Assembly: GCA_964199315.1 (NCBI GenBank)
Contig: OZ116707.1
Coordinates: 16,244,001-16,308,000 of the forward strand
Origin: Orbicella franksi
Taxonomy: Eukaryota
Direction of reading: 5' to 3'
DNA: 64,000 nt
This document shows positions 22,963-36,649 of the stretch, in pieces. The notes beneath the pieces are model-generated. The model saw nothing but the letters and a program-made list of their open reading frames with translations, did not search any database and had not been told where the DNA came from. Numbering within the stretch: the stretch's first letter is position 1; each line of letters starts with the position of its first letter. Both the position numbers and the translations under genes were made by a program.

Positions 22963-23902
22963 GTGTTCAACATAGTGTCGTGCGAAGTTCAAATCAGCTC
23001 GAATTTGAAGCGATTTTGCTCGGAAACTCAGATGATAAGCCAGTTGATTGACTGCTTGCTTGAATATAAATCAAAAATGGAGTATAGAAGCCTTGCCTTG
23101 GACAAACAAATCCAGTATCAAGAGCTGCGAGTGGGGATGGCAAAAATTTATGCGGACGACGATGCATCTCCGTTTGGTCCTGTAGCAAGCATAGTACTGC
23201 CGGATAATTTCAACATCCTTTCAAAGGAAGAGAAAAACAAAGCCAAAAATCGTGTAAAAGAGTCAAAAGATTTGATAACCAAAGGTCAGAAGAGAGTAAT
23301 GGAAAAAGTGAAAGAAAACAGACAGAATTTCTCAAAAGCTGTAGTTTCTGGTAGTAGGAGTGGCAGTGGGAAAATTGTTTATGAATTCTACGATAAATAA
23401 AGTTAATAGCTTGGATTTGGAAAATGCAGGTTCGTCAGCAAGTTCAAGTGAGCTTGGTACTAGTGGTAGTAATGAAAATGACAGTGTGGCCCATACTAGG
23501 AAACAGAAAGTTAGCTGTGTGCCTAAGCTAATCGACAGCAAAAGGAAGCACTTAGAAAAGAAGTTGTCTGCAGCCCAGAGGGGCAAGTTACTTATTAAAG
23601 AAGCTAAGGAAGATGCCCTATTTCGGAAGGAACTGCCTGAGGCAATGCAGGAATCCACAGAAAGTTTTTCCTGAAGTATTGAAAGTGTCAGTAAGGCTAT
23701 GACTGATCTTGGTACTGGAGTTTGTAGATCAATTGAGATGCTTTCACAAGCATTGCAACCTACAGTATGGGCACCTGTAAATAATTTAATCTATCAAAAC
23801 CCAGTACAAGTTACACCTCAGGAAGCTGAATGTGTATATACCCAGTTCTATAGCCCACAAAGCCAGCCAGAACCAAGTGGAAACTTTTATCACCAACAAT
23901 AG
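22963..23902 (+). pseudogene. Harbinger accessory Myb/SANT-like DNA-binding protein
   Basis: MISQLIDCLLEYKSKMEYR...QYQELRVGMAKIY; AVVSGSRSGSGKIVYEFYDK; KVSCVPKLIDSKRKHLEKKLSAAQR; broken by frameshift and stops. Confidence 0.6.
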
Positions 23903-24144
23903 GTGTCACAAGTAATCAGTCTAGTGATTAGTCTACAAACACAACTTCAACCCACCAAATGCAATAAACACCAGTTTTTGAACTCTCAGCTGGACAACAA
24001 AGTTGAACAGAAATTTCAATACTCATTGTACTGCTGTTATTTATATTCTTTGTTTATGTTATTGTAGTAATTCAGAGATAAATCTTATTTAGTTGAAATT
24101 TACTTTTTTTATCACAATATGGAACTATTAAGCTGGAAATTTCT

Positions 24145-25142
24145 TAACCTGTTCACTCCTGAGATCTAAAAGCTAATTCTCCTAACTGATGACCATACTG
24201 TTATGGTTTCTGTTTTGTTTACTTTTGCTTTCATTTCTGATATTCCATTTGGTTACTGTTATTTCATCCTTTTGTTGTGCATTTATAATCACATCACATT
24301 TATAATCGTTCAGGGTAGGATTGTGTTTTGTTTGTACAGTCAATAGGTTTTGTAAGGAGGTTTATCATCGTTGTTCTGAGGTCTAGCAAGTCTTCTTAAA
24401 GGCTTTACTGCGTGGGTTAGATATGTAAGTACACAATCTTTCAGTTTATTGTTGTTTCGCTCGTTTCACTTCTCTTTTAAGAAACCAATTTAAGTTGTGT
24501 TAGCTTCCCTCGGGACCACGTGCTTATGTTCTTTAGGAGCATTCTAGTGTGTCTTATGTTATAAATCTTTCATTAGTTTCAAGTATATTGGTCCCAAGTC
24601 GTTTAGCATTATTAATGAGCATTGATACTAGGATTATTTGTTACCTTTATGTTGTTTTTATGAGGAATATGCATTTTCTTTCTTCGTGTTGTATATGTGG
24701 GTTCTGCACCCAGTATGAATTTTGTAAGGGTTTTTTTTGTAAATCGTTGTTGTTTCCTCATATTATCCTGCATTTCATAGTAATTACTTGTAGTTATTCC
24801 TTTTACATGTTCATAGTAGTTCTTTTAGCTATGCAATTATTTTTAGTTTATGAGAATCATCGACATTGGCATGAAATACATGTAAACAATCGATCAGTAC
24901 TTGTGATTGGAACTTTCATCACCTCCAGTGTTGGTTTTTATGTAAAATATGACCATCTGAGCCTTTACGCTTTGCTGATTTATCTCGATTGTCATAGCTT
25001 CAACCACACATACCTTTGCTTCTCATGAAAATTTGGTATTATATGACAATATCCACTAGATGATGGCCCATCTACTTGACAATGTATCCAAATTCTAAGG
25101 AAAATTGATCAAGTGATCACTCCTGGGAGTGAAAGGGTTATC
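24145..25142. mobile_element. Possible TTAA-type (piggyBac-like) non-autonomous insertion between the Harbinger genes
   Basis: ttaacctgttcactcc at the left and ggagtgaaagggttat at the right; the interior is degenerate and may hold a LINE remnant on minus. Confidence 0.3.
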
Positions 25143-25299
25143 CAGTTCACATTTGATTTGTTTTAGATTTGTTCAAGAATATTAACTAGGTCAGCACCTT
25201 GTAGCCTGTGTGTAGCCATACCCTCCCGCTTTCCCGGATGAAACAGGAGGATAATCCCTCCTGCCATTTCCAGTGCTCTTTGAGGCTGGGCATGATATT

Positions 25300-26665
25300 G
25301 CTGTCAGTGACATCTTATTTAGTTTAAACTTACGTGTTGCAACAAGCAAGTTAAAGTTTGAGTTCCAAGTCTACTACTCATTACTAGGTCTGTGAGAATT
25401 CTCCTGACAAGAATCCCTTCTCTCGTATCACAAGAGTAAACTGGATCAGAAATGTTCTTAAACTGCATTCCATTCTCCTTCATAAGTTCAATTTGAGTCC
25501 TGACTAAATCCTCATCAATGTTTACATTATGTTTCTCACAATAATTGTGCAATACAAAACATGTATAAATAATTGTTGGGAGAGCCTAAAGCTCGAAGTC
25601 CATTTTTGTAGTGAGAATAAACCATCTTACCTTGAGTCCCCCAAAAGCACATTTAATTTGGTTTCTGGCGGAACGCAGCATGTTAAAATGACTTTTTCGT
25701 TGCTGGTACAAGCATCATACTCTTTCATGCAGAAAGAAAGCAGTGGATATGGTGGATCACCAATGAGATAATTTGGTATTTTAACACTTCCCTCAACTGG
25801 AGTTTGGAATGTACTTGGCAATTTACTGCTCCTTAGTTTGGCATGGATAGAGGAATTAGCAAAACCTTTTGCATCATGCACACTTCCTGGCCACCTGCTT
25901 TCAACATCTATAAAGGAACCTTTGTAGTCACACACAGCCTGTACACTTAATGAAAAGAATTGTTTGTAGCAAAAAAAATCTTGTGAGTTCTCTGATGGGC
26001 ATTCGATTGGAATACGCATCTCATCAATGGAACCAAAAGCTTGTGTCATTCCAAATTTTGCTTCAAACTCAGCTACTTTCTCCCTCATGCTTTCTTCATT
26101 CTTTGGAAGATGGAGATATTTTAGGCCAAGATAGTTTGAAATAGCCTGACAAACTTCACTTACAAGAGCTGATGCAGTGTTGGGTGCTATTCCAAAACTG
26201 GTTCCTGTCATTCTCAGAGAGCCTGTGTCTTTTAAAAAATACAATGCAATTACTACCTTTTCTTCCACACTCTGCCCTGTGGTTGGGTGATTTTGGATTA
26301 GCTGAAATGTACATGTAAAGCCTCAGCTCAGATACTAGGTTCAGAAAACAAGCCCTCGACATTGGAAAGTTTTCTTTCCAACACTCTTCTGGTGCTAGTC
26401 CGGTCCACACATTTTTCCACCACAAATCAGTTCAACCAGGTTTATGCCAACAACTTTGCTTACTTCAGTTTAAATGCATCTGCTTACTTCGCTTCAAATT
26501 TCAAAAAAGATAGGTTCGCTTTTGCAATAAAGAGGACTGGATTGCAAGATTGACCCTTGCCTGCTGTATTTTCCACAGCAGAAGAAAGCCATTCAGCTGT
26601 AGCAACATAGCAACGATAGCTGACAATGCTATACGTACGAACAATACAACTGTAGGTGGCGCCAT
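25300..26665 (-). pseudogene. Harbinger DDE transposase (DDE_Tnp_4-like)
   Basis: WKENFPMSRACF; EEKVVIALYFLKDTGS; QAFGSIDEMRIPI; FFCYKQFFSLSVQAVCD; WPGSVHDA; LIGDPPYPL; intron near 25550-25630. Confidence 0.85.
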
Positions 26666-27864
26666 GTTTGTTTACTGATAGCTGATTTGAATTTTGCACT
26701 GACACTCGTTCCCAAAGTCTTAAGGCTGCGCTGGCTTCTCATGGCTATCTTTGTGGGCTGCTGTACATTCTTTCATCTCGGTAACTGGGATGAAATTTCC
26801 CATATGAACACGAGACAAAATCCGTCCCAGTTACCGGGCCAGCCCAGTCACCGCACTCATATGAAGAGGCCTTAAGAAAGAATAATAAAAATGATTAATT
26901 ACAATGTCTTGTCTTTCTGAATAAGGTAGGAAAGAACAAGAAATGCCACCAAAAAGTACAGAAGACAGTTCTGTTATGTGATCAAGATTTTTGGTGGCTT
27001 CCCAGATATCCTTGAAATCATGGCTCTATATTTCATAATCACACCATCTTACACCTCAACCTACTGATGTAATCCTAGTTCCAGCTGAAACTATTGAATC
27101 ATTCGCAATTTACCTCACATACATTTTGGATTATTCTCATTAGTAACAACATTCCAAAAAATAACTGAGGAGCTATGCTTTTAGGCTTGGCTAAATCTAT
27201 ATATTATGTGTCTGTTGCATTTCGATATGGTGCGACCATCATTTTTGTTTACAAAGTCTACACTTGCTTGTTGTTTTTAAAGCTCCAGATGTGTAGCAGC
27301 TCTCATAAGCTTGTAATTCTCTTCATTGTTAGCAGCTGTTATTGTTTTAGGGCTAGGGTCATTGTCTCTGTTGTTTGTTCTATTGTTCTCTCAAAGGGTA
27401 TCAAGCCATTCATGTGAGACCTTACGAGAGCTGCTACATCACCCTAAAGCTCTTTCAATTACTTGCGTGACACTAAATTCAATAGGTTTGATAAGTGACG
27501 CAATATAAGGCAACACACGGATGTAACTGGAAACAAGTTGGCATCAAATTCTGCATTTTTCCGCATTCCTTCACAACCTGCTGTGTATTTACTGTTTACC
27601 ATGCATCTGTGTTTACTGGCGCTCTAGGCGATAAGCAAACTACATGTAGCTGAGAGTTCAGAAGATTGATCAGTGTGTTATGGAAGATGTAAGTTGCTGT
27701 ATTCACGTGTGTTTGATGAAAACTTAAGCTGTGATTAGCTGAGTTGAAGTTCCTGCCTCTCGCTCTGTCTCTTCCACATCACTGACTAGTCAGAAGTTTC
27801 GTGAGACAAGGTAAACTTCGGTAAGCTTATGTTTTGATGATCAAAGGTTTTAAGTTCATTTTAA

Positions 27865-30800
27865 GAGCTTCTGCCTGAGAGACCGGGGCAGACTTGGAAA
27901 TGAAGGTTGGCCGATTTCGCTTAAAATTGGTACACAAAGTCGTTATGTGGACTTACGCAATATGCCAAAGTTTCAGCTTCAATGACGTTCTTTTAGTCGA
28001 GTTCTGGATATCAGCCCCTCAAGGGTCCCCAGAGGCTGATTTTCAGTGCAATTCTGGCCACTTTTCAATCTCTCTTTTTGCAACGTACAATTAATTTCAG
28101 ACAAAAACAAAACCATTTTTGCAATGCCCTATTCTTAGGCTTCTATGGGTAAAAACATTAGCTCGCAGGAATTTTTCGTTAGGTTGTGGCTGTTATCACA
28201 ACTTGGTCCTATTTGAAGGATATGGGAAGCAACCGGAAATGAGCTGTTTTTAAGACCACATATTTTCCACGCCCATGTTTTATATCCTGAAGTTTTAGTA
28301 TCCCTGCAAAGTTCAGCCCTTAGTTTAGTAATATCAAGAAACAAATACTAAGGTTGAGGCCTTTTTACTAAGAAAAAACTTACGAGAAGATGACTAACCA
28401 GTCCACTTCCGGTTAAAGTTTCGACAAAGTGTGTCTGTAAAAATCAGCCATTTAATTTCGATTAATACCTTTTTTTCTTCTAAGTCATGAATTAGAGACT
28501 CTGAAGTTAATTGTAACCAAAAAGAGTTACCATAAATCAGAAATTTTCATGTGACTTTTTTTTCAGACTGATCAGATTTTGGTCCAGCAACGGTTATAAA
28601 GTTTGTGGAAGTCTTGAAAATTACGGATATTGTCCGAGTCGCTGTGGAAAAAAAAATATATACAGATACCTAACAATCCATCTCTTGCCCGTTAATCACA
28701 ATGCACCTTTGCATCTTTTTTGGTCCAAACTGCAATATTAAGTTTATCTTTAACATTCAACTCGTTCAACGAAACAAGTCTGTGGCTCCGAGTAATGAAG
28801 CTCTAATTAAATCAGGTATTAAGCCCCCAAGCTTTGCGGTCCCATTTCGTACCATAACCAGTATAACCCACCTGTCTGGGACTTCTTTTCTGAAGAAAAA
28901 CAACTTATCAGTCACTCTAAATGCAAACCCAACGGGAAATTTCAGACATAATTAGAGCTAATTGTCTAATACAAAATGCAGTCTCACTATTCCAAGTCTA
29001 TATGCAAAGTGTCTGGATAAATTCCCTTACGATAAACACTTACCTGGCTTCAGGTTTACAGGCATACCCCTTTCTTATAATCCCTTAAAAGTGAAGCAAC
29101 ATTAAAAACCTTAGCCCCAGCAATAAATTGGTCGTGAGTGCATTGTTGTGAGTGATGAAAATGCAGGTTGATTCATACCGTACATGGCGAGGTCACGACA
29201 CGCCAATTTATCTGTAGTTTGCCAGCTATTCATTTTTTTCTCGTCTAGATTCGTCTCCTTAATACTGCAGAGAATGATTAGGTATATAACTTACATGAGA
29301 ACCTGAAGAATGAATGAATATGTTACAGAATATTTATTCATACCCAGTCCCCCAGTGCAAATGGCCTTGGTATTATAAATTGAGGACGTCCAAGACGGTC
29401 TGTTTTCCCCACCAAGTTGCTTAATGTCTGACCAAATTGCCAGAAAATTACTCATTAGCACACTTTCTCTTTCTCTATTGGGATTCTCCATTTGTTACGT
29501 TTTCAGTCAGCACAGATCCAGACTAAATCGGTGTACTGCATATATCCAAAGATAGGACAAGGGAGGAGTATATTTTCCTTCAAAGACTACTGCTTATGGC
29601 ACCCCTAACGGTAGAATTGCTGGCCCTTAACTCCGATTTCCATAATAAGAAGTGATAATCCCCAGGAAGACCAGTATGTTTGCTGTAGGTGATATGGTGA
29701 TATGGTATGGTCGTTACAAGGCCCAGTACCCAATACCTGCTGGGGCTTAAATTCATTATTGCTCTTCTTCCCTGAACAGGATGACAATCACCGGCTTTCC
29801 TTTATACATCTGGGCTGAGAGAGGCACTATGAAAGAAAATTGCCTTTTCCAAGACGATGTGGCAACGCTCTAGTAACCAGGAACGTTCGATCCGGAGTCC
29901 AGCCCACTAACCATTAGGGTGTGATCATGCTATGAGCTAGGCAGTTGCTTTTGCATAGAATCTGAATGCGTTACTACGTTACATGTTTACTTAGTCTGTT
30001 GTAAATTGATAAAATGCAACCGCGAAATGAATATATGGCTAGCACGTGGATATCTTGCTGGCTGGATTGTTTATTGACAAGAAAAAAAAACTATCTCGAT
30101 CAATTAATTCAGTCTGTAAGTGAATTTGTTTCATTTGAGTGTGCTTGAAAGGCAGAGGAGTAAAAGTCTGGCTATTATAATTTAGTCCCCTGCAAAACTA
30201 AAAACATGAGCATAGGGTGTCCCTTTTGGAAAGAAGATGACATTTGCGGGGCATGAGATAACAAGACATCAGAGCCTGCTGTGGCTTTCCCATTAGCGAC
30301 GTTAGATCAAGATGTTACCCACCTACTGGTCAGATTTAAGTGGGCTTTGGTGGTAATAAACTGGCCACGTCTCACAGAGTTGACAACTTCCCTGAATGGA
30401 AGTTGAAGTATGAATTAAAGAAGATTGTGATTTGCCCACATCACGGTGGAAAATTCACCTGTTTGCGTGACCAAAGTGCGCCATGTCAACACCCTTTTTT
30501 CCATCAAGGAGAAAGCAGAAATTGAAGAAACCGAAAAAGGTTACCGCTAACGTTTCAGATGGCATATTTGAGGAGTTCGGCATTGTAATACCTATTGCAC
30601 CCCATAAGTATCCTAGGGTAGAGTGACTGCATGCAGGTTCATCTGACATAAATTTATTTTGCACGTTCAAAGAGGTTTTTTTTACATGCTTTAATGTCTT
30701 TAATTCGTTCCACTGGTTCAAGGATTGTTGTTCCATCATCATCTGCATACACATTTGAACAAAGTATCTTTACCTTAAATTGTCTACCCACACACAATTC

Positions 30801-30930
30801 AATTGCTAACATTTTTGACGCCATATTGGATGATGTTTCACTTGAAGAGTCGAAAGGGCTTGGAGATGAATTAAGTAGTTTCACATGCCCAATATTAAAT
30901 AACAGAGGAGACGCTTCGCGTGTCATGCGA
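27865..30930 (-). mobile_element. Possible Sola3-like relic (one terminus plus fragmented transposase N-terminus)
   Basis: TTAA|GAG terminus at 27861-27867. Broken minus-strand peptides YSKHTGLPGDYHFLLWKSEL, IYNTKAI and ILQFGPKK recall Sola3-type transposases (from memory). Second end not found. Confidence 0.3.
29867..29918 (-). mobile_element. tRNA-derived SINE head fragment
   Basis: Minus strand cctaatggttagtgggctggactccggatcgaacgttcctgg is a tRNA-like A-box region; no acceptor stem. Confidence 0.45.
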
Positions 30931-31989
30931 AAAAATTTAATCTCCGGGCCCTCTGTTGTATTACGAGGCTTACTTACTTACATTTTCTATCGTAACGATG
31001 GTATTCGTATTTAGAATCGATACCAAAGAGGAGCAAAGATTGAAGCTTGAAGGAAAGCGCCTCTGGGTGTGTCGCAATTAAGTCGGAAATTGCAGTACAA
31101 CTAGTCACACAAGGTATTTGTGGCAGGGGGAAGGAGAAAAAAACTCACGGCTTAAAATTCTAATAGTGAATGGTCAGCTATGAAGGCACGTGACATCAGA
31201 ATGTCATAAATTCCAAAACATCCGTCATACTGAATCCACTAGTCCTAATTCATGACTATTCCATGAAGTCAAAATATCGTTTTTGCCAATTACAACAAAC
31301 TTAAAAGAGAAGAGAAAGGTTACTAAAGGAATGAAAAGGTGAAAAAAACTATGTTTGTCCCAAGAAACTTGAAAACGTCAATAAAAAACAGAGAATTAGA
31401 TTAGAAAACTCAAACATTGGGTAATTATGCCTGACAAAGCAAGGTTGCCATGGAAACAAGGCAGAGTCCCATAAATAAGGCTTTTGGTGTGTGCATTTTT
31501 GCTCAGCTTTTCCTACCTACCTTATACACTCAGTAAACAGCTTGTTTCATTGTATTTTGATTACTTTTCTTGTTATCAACGTATAAAGTTTCCCCTCACC
31601 TTCCAGTCACCTGGGTACAGGGTACAAATTTAGTTTCTAAATCCGTCAGTAGGAAAATTAATTTCTAGTTTACGATTTGGAAATATATATTTCCTTTAAA
31701 TAATTTACTTTGGGATCATTGATTGGTTGTTAATATCTTGTTATTTGAGTGCAGTTTAAGGTGGCTGAACACAGTTTTTGATACCTGTGTTTCATTCACC
31801 TTTTTCTCTAAAACCCTTGATCCTTCGCTCGTAGAAAATGGCAGCAAATGAAAAACACAAACTTTGGTTTTTTGATGGTTAAGCTGACGTATGTGCCATT
31901 GCCATGGCAACATGAATAAATAAAAACAGGCCTCTAAAATCGGTTTTGCTTATTTGTGACCGTGAACGGGAAAACGTACCTTAACGCTT

Positions 31990-32280
31990 ATCCGTTAGAC
32001 GGGCAAAAGCGTTAAGCATCCGTTAGTCATCCGTTAGAACGTTTTCTTAAAAACATTAGAGGCGTTAGCCCAACTGTTAGACGTTAACATCAGGCCGTTA
32101 GAACGGAGTGCAACCGTTAGCAAGAGACATGTATCTGTTAGCCGTTAGCATCAGACCGTTAGACGGGCCAGCATAACCGTTAGCAAAAACTCTGTATCCG
32201 TTAGCACGGCTAGAGAAGCCGTTAGGATCCATTAGAATAAACTAGCATCCGTTAAATGGGTAACGATTCCGTTAGAATGG
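31990..32280 (+). repeat. Left subterminal CCGTTAG array
   Basis: More than a dozen exact or CpG-decayed copies (ccgttag, ccattag, ctgttag). Confidence 0.9.
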
Positions 32281-32893
32281 CATGACATGCATTGAAGTAG
32301 AATGTGGTAGCCTAACATAGTGTGAAACGAGAGCAGCTCTTGGCTTCCATTTAGTTCAAAACAATCATGAGAGATAACTATCTTTCGCCGAGAAGTTTGG
32401 CGATTATTATTTTTTGATGCCCTGATTGATAAATACAACTCGAATGAAATTCAATAAAGCCTTCATGCTATAATTGTTATACACGATCCAAAACAAAACA
32501 CGTTTGCCGCTTCCACAAACAGCCTGACGACATGTAAAATCCTAACTACGATCGTCATTATATGAACTGTTTTATTTATTTGGCAAAGTCCGGTTGTTTC
32601 GAGAGCTTGTAATTTGTTACTGTAATGAACAAACGAAAGTTAAAAATACTTTACAAATGCCATAAACGGACGAAACAAACACGGAGAAAACTCAACCAAA
32701 ATGGCCATGCGATGGATAAAGATGTTCTACGAAGTAAACACTGATCACGTGTCAAGAACTTGTGCTCATGTGTCGTCACGCAACACTGGTCGTCGAAATG
32801 CTAATTTCTCGATTACTATGACGACGGCAAACTGTTGTGACGACGGACAAAACTTTGCTTTTCAGTTATTACTAAAACAGTTAAGTCAACGCT

Positions 32894-34636
32894 ATGGCTG
32901 AGACAGATCGACCTGAAATGGAAAACGAAAAAGCCTTTGAAAAAGTTAAGAAATTCCTAAAGGATGGTTGTGGTTGTGCTCTTGGTGCAAAAGGCAGTCC
33001 ATGTTCTGGACAGTTAACGGAAACTGTTGTACTTTTCAACCTAAATAATTGCTTGGAACTGTCAAATGACGAACTCGATTTGGTGGTCCTTGCAAGCATA
33101 CAGGCTTCCACTCACCGTGAGTCCACTGGTACCAAAAGAAGCAGGAGTCCTCGATGCACCTTTTATTTTCAGTCAATACCTATCTGCAAGGAGATGTTTC
33201 TTCACTTACACGGACTGAGTGATTCACGATTTCAATGGCTGAAGGAACACTATCAAACTTATGGTATTTGTCCCAGAATTCACGGTAACACTAAACGATT
33301 ACCCGAAAACACACTATCTCAGGCTACGGTAGAAGGAGTCTGCACATTCCTGACCAACTACGTTGAGGAAAACGCCATCTCCCTCCCGGGAAGAATACCT
33401 GGCTTCAAAAGTGATGACATCAAAGTCCTGTCATCATCCGAATCAAAGATCGACGTTTGGCGAGTCTATGAAGCAGCGTGCGTAGCTTCAGATGTACGAG
33501 CAGTGAGCTACAAGAAATTCTTACAGCTGTGGGACCAGTTTCATCCTAACGTGGTCATTTCAAAACCAGCAACTGATCTCTGTTTTACCTGTCAGCAAAA
33601 TACAAACAAACTTCAAAGAGCTGCAAACCTCTCCGACAGAGAAAAGACGGAATGTGTAAAAGCCCATCAGGATCATCTAAACTGTGCTCAGTCTGAAAGA
33701 GAATACTATAGGAACTCATGTATCAACTCCGAGAATGCTCTTGAACCGATTGACACTGAAACAGTACTTGACCGTGAAAGCCACGAAGCCTGTTCTTTAA
33801 ATGTCACGGTGCACTATTCATTTGATTATGCCCAGCAGGTCCACATCCCCAGCAATCCCATGCAACCTGGGCCAATCTACTTCAAGACTCCTCGGAAGTG
33901 TGGAATATTTGGAGTTATGTGCGAGGGCCTACCAAGACAAGTCAATTTCCTCATAGATGAGGCCGCTTCTGCTGGGAAAGGGGCAAACGCAACAATCAGT
34001 TACGTCCACTACTATTTTGGACACCATGGATTGGGAGAGACAGACGCGCAACTTAACGCTGACAACTGCACGGGTCAAAATAAAAACAATTGCTTTTTAT
34101 GGTACTTAGCATGGAGAACTCTAATGAAACTGCATCATTCCATCACATACTCTTTCCTTATTGCTGGTCACACCAAGTTTGCTCCGGACCGTTCTTTCGG
34201 ATTGATAAAGAAAGCCTTCAAAGTCACGTACGTTTCGTCGCTCTACGAATTTGTGTGACTGGTAGAGACCTCCAGCACTACTGGATTTAACAAAGCACAA
34301 CTTGTTGGCACGCACGACGGGCGAGTGGTTGTTCCTGTGTACGACTGGAGTACGTTTCTCGGGCAATACTTCAAAAAGTTGCCGAACATTAAGAAGTTTC
34401 ATCATTTTCGGTTTTCAAACGAAAACCCTGGCATGGTCTTCTACAAAGAATTTGTTTCTAGCCCAGAACATTCGTTTATGTTGTTGAAGAATAATGGTAT
34501 TCTTCTGCCACCTTCGATCCTTCCTGACGTAGTCAATCTAGAAGGACTGTCCAAGGAACGCAGGAACTATCTTTTCTGTGAAATCAGACAGTTTTGTAAA
34601 TCAGGAACGGAAGATATCGTAGCTCTGGCTCCATGA
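32894..34636 (+). pseudogene. Sola1-type DDD transposase, intronless, 580 codons, one in-frame TGA (34256-34258)
   Basis: HYSFDYAQQVHIPSNPMQPGPIYFKTPRK; LNADNCTGQNKN; FLIAGHTKFAPDRSFG; ORFs 32894-34258 and 34325-34636 share a frame (EFV*LVETSS). Confidence 0.85.
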
Positions 34637-34952
34637 AATTAAGTTACAACAGCCCATGCAGGAAAACAATAGAACAATTAGATTTCTTTATCTTCCTGTT
34701 TGCATTATTTACATGTCTCACAGTAGAAAAGGTTTAAGTTAGGAAATGGATTACTCATTGAATGTTGCATTTGAAAGATTTTACGAATTAGTGTTTGTTG
34801 TATTAACATTTCTTTACATACGAACGAAAACATGTAAACAGGTTTTTAGTCGTATTTAAAATAAAAATTGGAGTTGTCATGGTTTCTTGCTTGAAAGGGA
34901 TTTGCAGCATACTTCACACTTTTCACACCGTATCAAATGTTGATTACCGACT

Positions 34953-35200
34953 TAGAATAGAATAGAATAGAAAGCCTTAATTTTAACGCGATAAGTCTTA
35001 AAGCTGAAAGCTTGTGGGGTTGTGTATAACACAAAAGAAAAACCTAATAACAATTTAATAATAAGTAAAAATCAATTCGTCATGTCTACGTAGATTTTAC
35101 GTTTGGGCTTGAAATAGAGGTTCGTTTTTAAAATTGACTTCAGGCAGTACGGTTGAAGCAATCACCACACGCAACGTTAATTAACGCTGCCACTGCTCCG
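34953..35200 (-). mobile_element. Short LINE/SINE-type 3' end with (TTCTA)n tail
   Basis: tagaatagaatagaatagaa run adjoining a short hairpin-like segment. Confidence 0.35.
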
Positions 35201-36004
35201 GTCTAAGCAAAAACAACTTTCTCTTTTGTCAGACTCGAACCTACTCTTCTCTTAAGCCTACCCTGACTATTTTTAGTTTTTGAAACGTCGTGAAGTACGT
35301 ATTAATTTTATTTGAAGTTTGTGTCACTTCAAGACACCAAAATATAAAACAAACTGGAAGTTGTTGTCATGACAGAATGCCGTGCCAAAAATTAACAAAA
35401 CAATAAAATAGGTTTATCCAACGGAAGCGCATGGGTTTCGATCTTTTTATTAGAAATGCAGGCATTGTAGGGATTTAAGCATGCAGATGTAAATATCTGC
35501 TGACAATAAAATTACATCCCTCCAATAAACGAGCGGGATTTTCGATGCACCTGCTTTTAGCAGTTGGGTATAAAAGGACTTTGACTTTTTTCTTGGCACT
35601 TGTACCTTAACCCTCTAAGTGTTCAGCGTATGTGACTTCTATTATCGTGCAATGGTGTTGAGAAAGTTATGCAAAGACACGAAGAAGCGTCCTCTTAAGG
35701 CTTTGTTCTTTTTCCCTGACGAAAATTTAACTGGGATAGCCCCAACAAGGCTCATTGTCGAGAAGGACAGCGATCTAACAGAAGGGATGAAGGTGAAAGT
35801 GAATTGGCAGGGAAAAAGAGTCCACGCTGAAATATTGGTCTTGAATGGTAAGTTTACATGTCATAACTTTCTGAAACGATTTTACCACAAGTTTACACTT
35901 ACTTCACCGCTCGGTTTACTTCGTATCGACTTAACTAGGTCTAGGTCCTTGAGGATGGGTGTTTTTGTAAACTGACACAGTTTAATTTGTTTTCGGATGA
36001 AAAT

Positions 36005-36649
36005 GGTATCCGGTCACTTTGCCCCATGGTCATTTCGCCCCCAGTCACTTTGCCCCAACCAAAAGTCAGTTCGCTCCATAGTTGAAGTCAATTGTAACCT
36101 TGTAGAGTATGAACAGCATGTGAAAACCTTTTTGTAAAACATGTTCGCAGTCAAAGGACTTAAAAAGCGACTGAGATCTTGGCGTAGTTAAAGTGCGATT
36201 GCTTCTAAATATCTTTGTTTAATTACGCGCATTGTTTAGCATTCACCTGTTGCACTTTCATAGCAACAAAGTCAAACAAAGTCTGTTGATCGATTGATGG
36301 CTGATCGACTGTGAAAAACTTTGAAAACCATCCATGGCTTTACGCTCGTTGTTTAGTAAACTGCCCTCAAAACCTTTTTTATTGAGTGAAAATGTATTTG
36401 ATTTATTGCGCGTGTAGTTTCTGTTCATGAAGACTGTATTGTTGTTTTCTTGCCACACGTACCCACGCGTAATGTGTGAACTTATGTTAATTCAAGGTGA
36501 GACTTTTTTCTTCCGGCACTGCACGCCGACCTTTCAAAGACTTGTTGATTTGAAAATTCGAACTACGACCTTAACCTCAACTATTTGAGCTATCTTAAAA
36601 ACTATTTTGTTTGGGGCGAAATGACCATGGGGCGAAGGGACCGTGAACC
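36005..36649. mobile_element. Mutator-like MITE in intron 1 of the BEN gene
   Basis: TIRs ggtatccggtcactttgccccatggtcatttcgcccc / ggggcgaaatgaccatggggcgaagggaccgtgaacc; atgaaaat on both sides (right copy offset by 9 bp). Confidence 0.7.

Larger units (their letters stand above)
22900..26872. mobile_element. PIF/Harbinger element (decayed): Myb/SANT-like gene and DDE transposase, convergent
   Basis: Right end ...ctcatatgaagaggcct followed by TAA; transposase motifs on minus; accessory ORF on plus; left terminus not found. Confidence 0.75.

Noticed and set aside
24549-25028. 159-aa hydrophobic ORF as a membrane protein gene
   Set aside because: T-rich low-complexity strand, GTG start, no motif; more likely the antisense of a decayed insertion
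29867-29918. tRNA gene
   Set aside because: Only a partial tRNA-like head, with no closing acceptor stem; treated as a SINE fragment
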